From an uncultured Candidatus Binatia bacterium (GTDB lineage: Bacteria; Desulfobacterota; Binatia; UBA9968; JAJDTQ01), in assembly GCA_965213675.1 (NCBI GenBank), contig OZ243916.1, forward strand, positions 3,200,001 through 3,264,000: a stretch of DNA of 64,000 bases. The letters are read 5' to 3'. A program made the position numbers and the translations under genes. Each line of letters starts with the position of its first letter. Positions within the stretch are counted from its first letter, which is position 1. Positions 59,362 through 64,000 of the stretch are shown here, in pieces. Under the pieces are notes generated by a model. That model made no database searches, was not told where the DNA came from, and saw nothing but the letters and a program-made list of their open reading frames with translations.

Positions 59362-61614
59362 ATGAGCGCGGTCGAGAATCCTGTGCCCTTGAAGGCAGGT
59401 CACCCCTTCGCCCTGGTGGCGGTGCCGGCGCCGATGCTGGAGCCCTTGACCTATGCGGTGCCGGAAGGGCTGCGCGGCCGTCTGGGGGTGGGGATGCGCG
59501 TCCTTGTGCCGCTCGGACGCCGGCGCGTGACCGGGGTGGTGGTGGGGCTCGAGCGGGCGTCGCGGGTCACCGGCGTCAAGGAGATCGCCCAGGCGCTGGA
59601 CGAGGAGGTGTTGCTGGACGAGGGGTTTCTGGACTTGTGCCGGTGGGCCGCGGACTACTACCTGGCTTCCCTGGGCGAGGTGCTGGCGGCAGCACTGCCG
59701 CCGCTGCTGCGTACCGAGAGCCGCGTGGTGGCCTCGTTCGTGCGCGCGCCCGACGACCTTCAAGGGGACGTGGATCGGGATGTGCTCGAAGCCCTGCGCG
59801 CGCGCGGTCCGCTGGCGCCCGCCACGCTCAGCCGCTTGTTTCCGCGGCGCGGCGCGCGCGCGGCCCTGGACCGGCTCGCGGCGCAGGGCGCGGTGGCTGT
59901 GGGGGAACGGCTGCGCGGGCATGTGCGCGAGGCCCGGCGCCGGGGCGCGGCGCCGCCGGAAAAGACCGCGAGCGCTGCGGAACCGAGCCGGGCGCCGGTG
60001 CTCACCGACGAGCAGCGGAGCGTGCTGGGGTCCATGGAAGGGCGCCTGCGCGGCGGCGGCTTCGAGACCCTGCTGCTCCACGGGGTCACCGGCAGCGGCA
60101 AGACCGAGGTGTACCTCCAGGCCATGGAGATAGTGCGGGCGCGCGGGCGCCAGAGCCTGATCCTGGTGCCGGAGATCGCCCTCACGCCACAGTTGCTGGA
60201 CCGCCTCGAAGGGCGTTTCCCGGGCGACGTGGCGGTGCTTCACAGCGGCCTCACCCCGGCGGAACGGTGGCGCCACTGGTGGCGCATCGCCCACGGGGTG
60301 GTGAAGGTGGTGGTGGGGGCGCGCTCCGCGGTGTTCGCCCCTGTCCGGGAACTGGGGCTTATCGTCGTGGACGAGGAGCACGACTACAGCTACAAGCAGG
60401 AAGAAGGGGTGCGCTATCACGGGCGCGACCTGGCCGTGGTGCGGGGCCGCATCGCCGGCTGTCCCGTGATCCTGGGCTCGGCCACGCCCTCCCTGGAGAG
60501 CTATCACAACGCTTGCAACGGCCGTTACCGGCTGCTCGAACTCACGCAACGGGTGGCGGCGCGGCCCATGCCCGGCGTCGACGTGGTGGACCTCAAGGCC
60601 GGAGTGGATCAGGCGCCCACCGACGGGCTCTTCTCTCCGCCGTTGCTGCGCGCGTTGCGGGAGAACCACGAAGAGGGTCTGCAGAGCCTCATCTTCCTCA
60701 ACCGGCGCGGCTTCGCCTCGTTCCTCCAGTGCTGGTCGTGCGGTTTTGTGGTGCGCTGCCCCCACTGCAGCATCAGCCTCACCTATCACCTCGGGCGCCA
60801 CAGCACGTTTTGTCACCATTGCGGATACCGGCGGCGCAAGGTGGACTCCTGTCCGGCGTGCGGCAACGTATCGCTGAGCGAGGTGGGGTTCGGCACGGAA
60901 AGGGTCGAGCACGCGCTCCGGCGGCTCCTGCCCAAGGCGCGCATCGGCCGCATGGACCGGGACACCACCAGCGCCCGCGGCGCCCAGGAACGGATCTTCC
61001 GGGCTTGGGAGAAAGGCGACCTCGACGTGCTCGTGGGCACGCAGATGGTGGCCAAGGGCCACGATGTCGGCGGTGTGACCCTGGTGGGGGTGGTGTTGGC
61101 GGACTCGTCGCTCAACCTGCCGGACTTTCGCGCGGCGGAGAAGACGTTCCAGATCATCAGCCAGGTGGCCGGGCGCGCGGGCCGGGCGCGCCGGCCCGGA
61201 CGGGTCATCGTGCAGACCCTGGTGCCCGGGCACTATTGCTTCGGCCACGCCCGGCTCCACGACTACCCCTCGTTCTTCGAGGCCGAGACCGAGTTCCGCC
61301 GCGAACTGGGCTATCCGCCGTTCCGCCATCTGGTGCAACTGCGGCTGGACGGCGCTGACGAAGAGGGGGTGGGACAGCGCGCGCGCGCCCTGGCGCGGGA
61401 ACTGCGGCGCGAGCAAGGCGCTCGCGACGTGGAAATACTGGGCCCGGCCCCCGCGCCCATCGCCAAGCTGCGCAACCGCTACCGCTGGCAGATCCTGCTC
61501 AAGAGCCGCAGCCGCGCCACCCTCGGCGCTGTGGCCCGGCGCGCCATGGCGCTGCTCCCCAAGGGTCGCACGGTCCGGCTCCACGTTGATGTGGATCCGT
61601 ATAACATGTTATAA
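59362..61614 (+). CDS. priA: primosomal protein N' (replication restart helicase)
   Basis: GVTGSGKTEVY, LVPEIALTPQ, DEEHD.SYKQ, SATPS, four CxxC pairs, GTQM.AKG.D, QVAGRAGR. Confidence 0.96.
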   Translation: MSAVENPVPLKAGHPFALVAVPAPMLEPLTYAVPEGLRGRLGVGMRVLVPLGRRRVTGVVVGLERASRVTGVKEIAQALDEEVLLDEGFLDLCRWAADYYLASLGEVLAAALPPLLRTESRVVASFVRAPDDLQGDVDRDVLEALRARGPLAPATLSRLFPRRGARAALDRLAAQGAVAVGERLRGHVREARRRGAAPPEKTASAAEPSRAPVLTDEQRSVLGSMEGRLRGGGFETLLLHGVTGSGKTEVYLQAMEIVRARGRQSLILVPEIALTPQLLDRLEGRFPGDVAVLHSGLTPAERWRHWWRIAHGVVKVVVGARSAVFAPVRELGLIVVDEEHDYSYKQEEGVRYHGRDLAVVRGRIAGCPVILGSATPSLESYHNACNGRYRLLELTQRVAARPMPGVDVVDLKAGVDQAPTDGLFSPPLLRALRENHEEGLQSLIFLNRRGFASFLQCWSCGFVVRCPHCSISLTYHLGRHSTFCHHCGYRRRKVDSCPACGNVSLSEVGFGTERVEHALRRLLPKARIGRMDRDTTSARGAQERIFRAWEKGDLDVLVGTQMVAKGHDVGGVTLVGVVLADSSLNLPDFRAAEKTFQIISQVAGRAGRARRPGRVIVQTLVPGHYCFGHARLHDYPSFFEAETEFRRELGYPPFRHLVQLRLDGADEEGVGQRARALARELRREQGARDVEILGPAPAPIAKLRNRYRWQILLKSRSRATLGAVARRAMALLPKGRTVRLHVDVDPYNML

Positions 61615-61653
61615 ATACGGGAAATTCGTACTCAAGCCCATGACACGTCCAAC

Positions 61654-61770
61654 CGTCATTCCCGCGGAACAGGCTGTGTCAAAACTTCGGTTGAGAATGG
61701 GCACCAACACCCCGAATCGTCATTCCCGCGAAAGCTTGCCCTCGACCCTGATCGGGGGCGGGAATCCAGG
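61654..61770. repeat. REP elements with an inserted GGCTGTGTCAAAACT mini-element end
   Basis: cgtcattcccgcggaa|caggctgtgtcaaaact...cgtcattcccgcgaaagc...gcgggaatccagg. Confidence 0.65.
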
Positions 61771-61791
61771 CAGGGTGAGGCGGCGGAAGGC

Positions 61792-62328
61792 ATGATCCTC
61801 GATATTCTGAAGTTTCCGGAACCGATCCTGCGGATACCAGCCCAGCCCGTGGAAGCCGTCACCGGCGACATCGCCGAGTTGATGGAGAACATGCTGGAAA
61901 CGATGTACGCGGCGCCCGGCATCGGGCTGGCCGCGCCGCAGGTAGGCGTCTCCAAGCGCGTCATCGTGCTGGACCTCGATCATGAGAACCGCGGCGCCAA
62001 CGCCATCAAGCTGGCCAACCCGGAGATCCGCGAGGCCGAGGGCGCGGTGGTCTACGAGGAGGGCTGTCTCAGCGTGGTGGACTTCACCGCGGAGGTGATG
62101 CGCGCCGAGCGGGTGCTCGTGGGAGGCTACGGCGCTGGCGGCGAGGCCGTGGAGATCGAGGCGGACGGACTGCTGGCGGTGGCGCTTCAGCACGAGATCG
62201 ACCATCTCGACGGCAAGCTCTTCATCGACCGCATCAGCCGGCTCAAGCGCGAGATCTACGTGCGCAAGCTCAAGAAGGCCATCCGCACGGGCAAGGAGCC
62301 CGAAGAGAGCCGCGGCGTCGTCATCTGA
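61792..62328 (+). CDS. def: peptide deformylase
   Basis: GIGLAAPQ, EGCLS, QHEIDHLDG. Confidence 0.97.
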   Translation: MILDILKFPEPILRIPAQPVEAVTGDIAELMENMLETMYAAPGIGLAAPQVGVSKRVIVLDLDHENRGANAIKLANPEIREAEGAVVYEEGCLSVVDFTAEVMRAERVLVGGYGAGGEAVEIEADGLLAVALQHEIDHLDGKLFIDRISRLKREIYVRKLKKAIRTGKEPEESRGVVI

Positions 62329-62443
62329 ACGACGGCCATGGAACGGGGAGCGACGACGCGGTTGCGATCCTCCCACGGGCTGTGCCCCTTCCGTCCAGCG
62401 GCAAGGCGTTGCTTCATCGAACCGCTGTTTCCACGAACATCCA

Positions 62444-63394
62444 ATGCGTATCGTCTACATGGGCACGCCGGTCTGCGCGGCGGCAACCCTGGAATCCTTG
62501 ATGGAGGGCCCCGACGAGGTTGTGGGCGTGGTCACGCAGCCCGACCGGCCCTCGGGCCGCGGCCAGGCCACGACGCCCTCGCCCGTGCGCCAGGTGGCGG
62601 AGCGCCGCGGCATTCCGGTGCTGACGCCCGTGAAGATGAAGGACCCGGGCCTGCGGGAGCGGCTTGCCGGCTGGCGTCCCGACCTCGTGGTGGTGGTGGC
62701 CTACGGTCGCATCCTGCCGCGGTCGATCCTGGACCTGGCGCCCCTGGGCTGCGTCAACGTCCACTATTCCCTGCTCCCCAAATACCGCGGCGCGGCGCCC
62801 ATGCAGTGGGCCATCCTTCAGGGGGAGACGGTCACCGGGGTCACGACCATGCGGCTGGTGACCGAAATGGACGCGGGTCCGGTGCTGCTGGCGGAAGAGG
62901 CGCCCCTGGACCCGGACGAGACCGCGCCCACCCTGGAAGCGAAGCTCGTGCCCGTGGGCGCGCGGCTGCTGGCGCGCACGGTGGCTGGCCTCAGGCAGGG
63001 GACCCTGGCCGCGCGTCCGCAGGACCCCGCCGGGGTGACCTTCGCCCCCATGCTGAAGAAGGTAGACGGCGTGATCGACTGGGCCCGTCCGGCTCTGGAG
63101 ATCGAGCGGCGGGTGCGCGCCTTCACGCCATGGCCCTCGGCATTCACCTACTGGCAGGGCAAGCTGGTGAAGGTGCACCGCGCGAGCCTGGCGGCCGCCG
63201 CCGCGGGACACGAGCCGGAAGCGCCGGGCGTGGTTCTCCGTGGAGACGCGGACGGCCTCTGCGTGGCCACCGGCGCCGGTGCGCTGATTCTCACCGAACT
63301 GCAAATGGAAGGGCGCAAGCGCATGCCGGCCGCGGCCTTTCTGCGGGGCGCCGGTTTGCGGGCGGGCATGCGGTTCGGGGAGGTCGACCGTTAG
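62444..63394 (+). CDS. fmt: methionyl-tRNA formyltransferase
   Basis: MGTP, TQPDRP.GRG, VVAYG.IL, NVH.SLLPKYRGAAP, MDAG. Confidence 0.97.
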   Translation: MRIVYMGTPVCAAATLESLMEGPDEVVGVVTQPDRPSGRGQATTPSPVRQVAERRGIPVLTPVKMKDPGLRERLAGWRPDLVVVVAYGRILPRSILDLAPLGCVNVHYSLLPKYRGAAPMQWAILQGETVTGVTTMRLVTEMDAGPVLLAEEAPLDPDETAPTLEAKLVPVGARLLARTVAGLRQGTLAARPQDPAGVTFAPMLKKVDGVIDWARPALEIERRVRAFTPWPSAFTYWQGKLVKVHRASLAAAAAGHEPEAPGVVLRGDADGLCVATGAGALILTELQMEGRKRMPAAAFLRGAGLRAGMRFGEVDR

Positions 63395-63503
63395 GACCGG
63401 GCATGACGCCCGGGAAAATGCTGGTTTGTGACCCCCGGAATTGTGACCCCCGGAATTGCCGCGCCAGTTTATTCGATATCCATGACGGAAGAGGGGTGGG
63501 CGC

Positions 63504-64000
63504 ATGACGGAACGGGAAACCGGACTCTCGGATGGACTTCCCATGACGCCGGAGCGCAGGAACCCCCGTGAATTGGCCGTCGGCATCGTGGACCGTGTCG
63601 AGCGGCGGAAAGCGTACGCCGACGTGTTGCTGAGCGCGCGCCTGGACCAGGCGGCGTTGCCGGCGGTGGACGGCGCGCTGCTGACCCGTCTGGTTTATGG
63701 CGCGCTGCGCTGGCGCGGGCGGGTGGATTGGGTTCTTGCCGGCTTGCTGCGCGACCCCTTGAACAAGCTCGACCCTCTCGTGCGGAACCTGCTTCGGGTG
63801 GGCGCTTACGAGTTGCTGTTCCTGGACCGGGTGCCCGCCTACGCCACCGTCAACGAGTTCGTGGAGTTGGCGAAGCGCCGGGTGGGTCCGGGCAAGGCGC
63901 GCCTGGTCAACGCGGTGCTGCGGCGCATCGCGGGCCGGGAACGGGAGGCATGGAGCCCCGCCGCCGATACGGACAACGCGATGGAACTGGCGGCGCTCGT
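63504..64000 (+). CDS. rsmB: 16S rRNA m5C967 methyltransferase RsmB (N-terminal NusB-like domain; runs off the window)
   Basis: LVYGALRW, LR.GAY.LLFLDRVP.YA.VNE.V, LVNAVLRR; follows def-fmt. Confidence 0.88.
   Translation, partial: MTERETGLSDGLPMTPERRNPRELAVGIVDRVERRKAYADVLLSARLDQAALPAVDGALLTRLVYGALRWRGRVDWVLAGLLRDPLNKLDPLVRNLLRVGAYELLFLDRVPAYATVNEFVELAKRRVGPGKARLVNAVLRRIAGREREAWSPAADTDNAMELAAL

Overview
High-GC bacterial chromosomal window. The gene content (type IV pilus genes, a selenoprotein, many amidohydrolase/cupin/LLM/CoA-transferase/TTT catabolic genes) suggests a Deltaproteobacteria/Binatota-like organism; this is inference only. About 60 real CDSs are present. Most encode aromatic/organic-acid catabolic enzymes. 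The rest are a split type IV pilus locus (pilD-fimT-pilV-pilW at 7-9.4 kb; pilX and pilM-pilN-pilO/P at 55-59 kb) and the core priA-def-fmt-rsmB cluster at the right end. Several items are invisible or broken in the ORF track. (i) A UxxC DsbA/FrnE-like selenoprotein has an in-frame TGA and a SECIS-like hairpin. (ii) A decayed type I R-M/DarTG cassette has pseudogenised hsdS, darT and hsdR, while darG alone is intact. (iii) A nucleotidyltransferase plus BrnA/CopG-like antitoxin bicistron with its own palindromic operator is the best candidate for an uncharacterised toxin-antitoxin system; a canonical BrnTA lies nearby. (iv) There are two 165-bp CTAG-bounded MITEs, a RAYT transposase, many REP-like hairpins and MITEs nested inside REPs. 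(v) There is a PilO-PilP fusion and a possible GEMM-I-like riboswitch before pilX. No rRNA, tRNA or CRISPR array was seen. Family assignments come from motif recognition by eye, not database searches.
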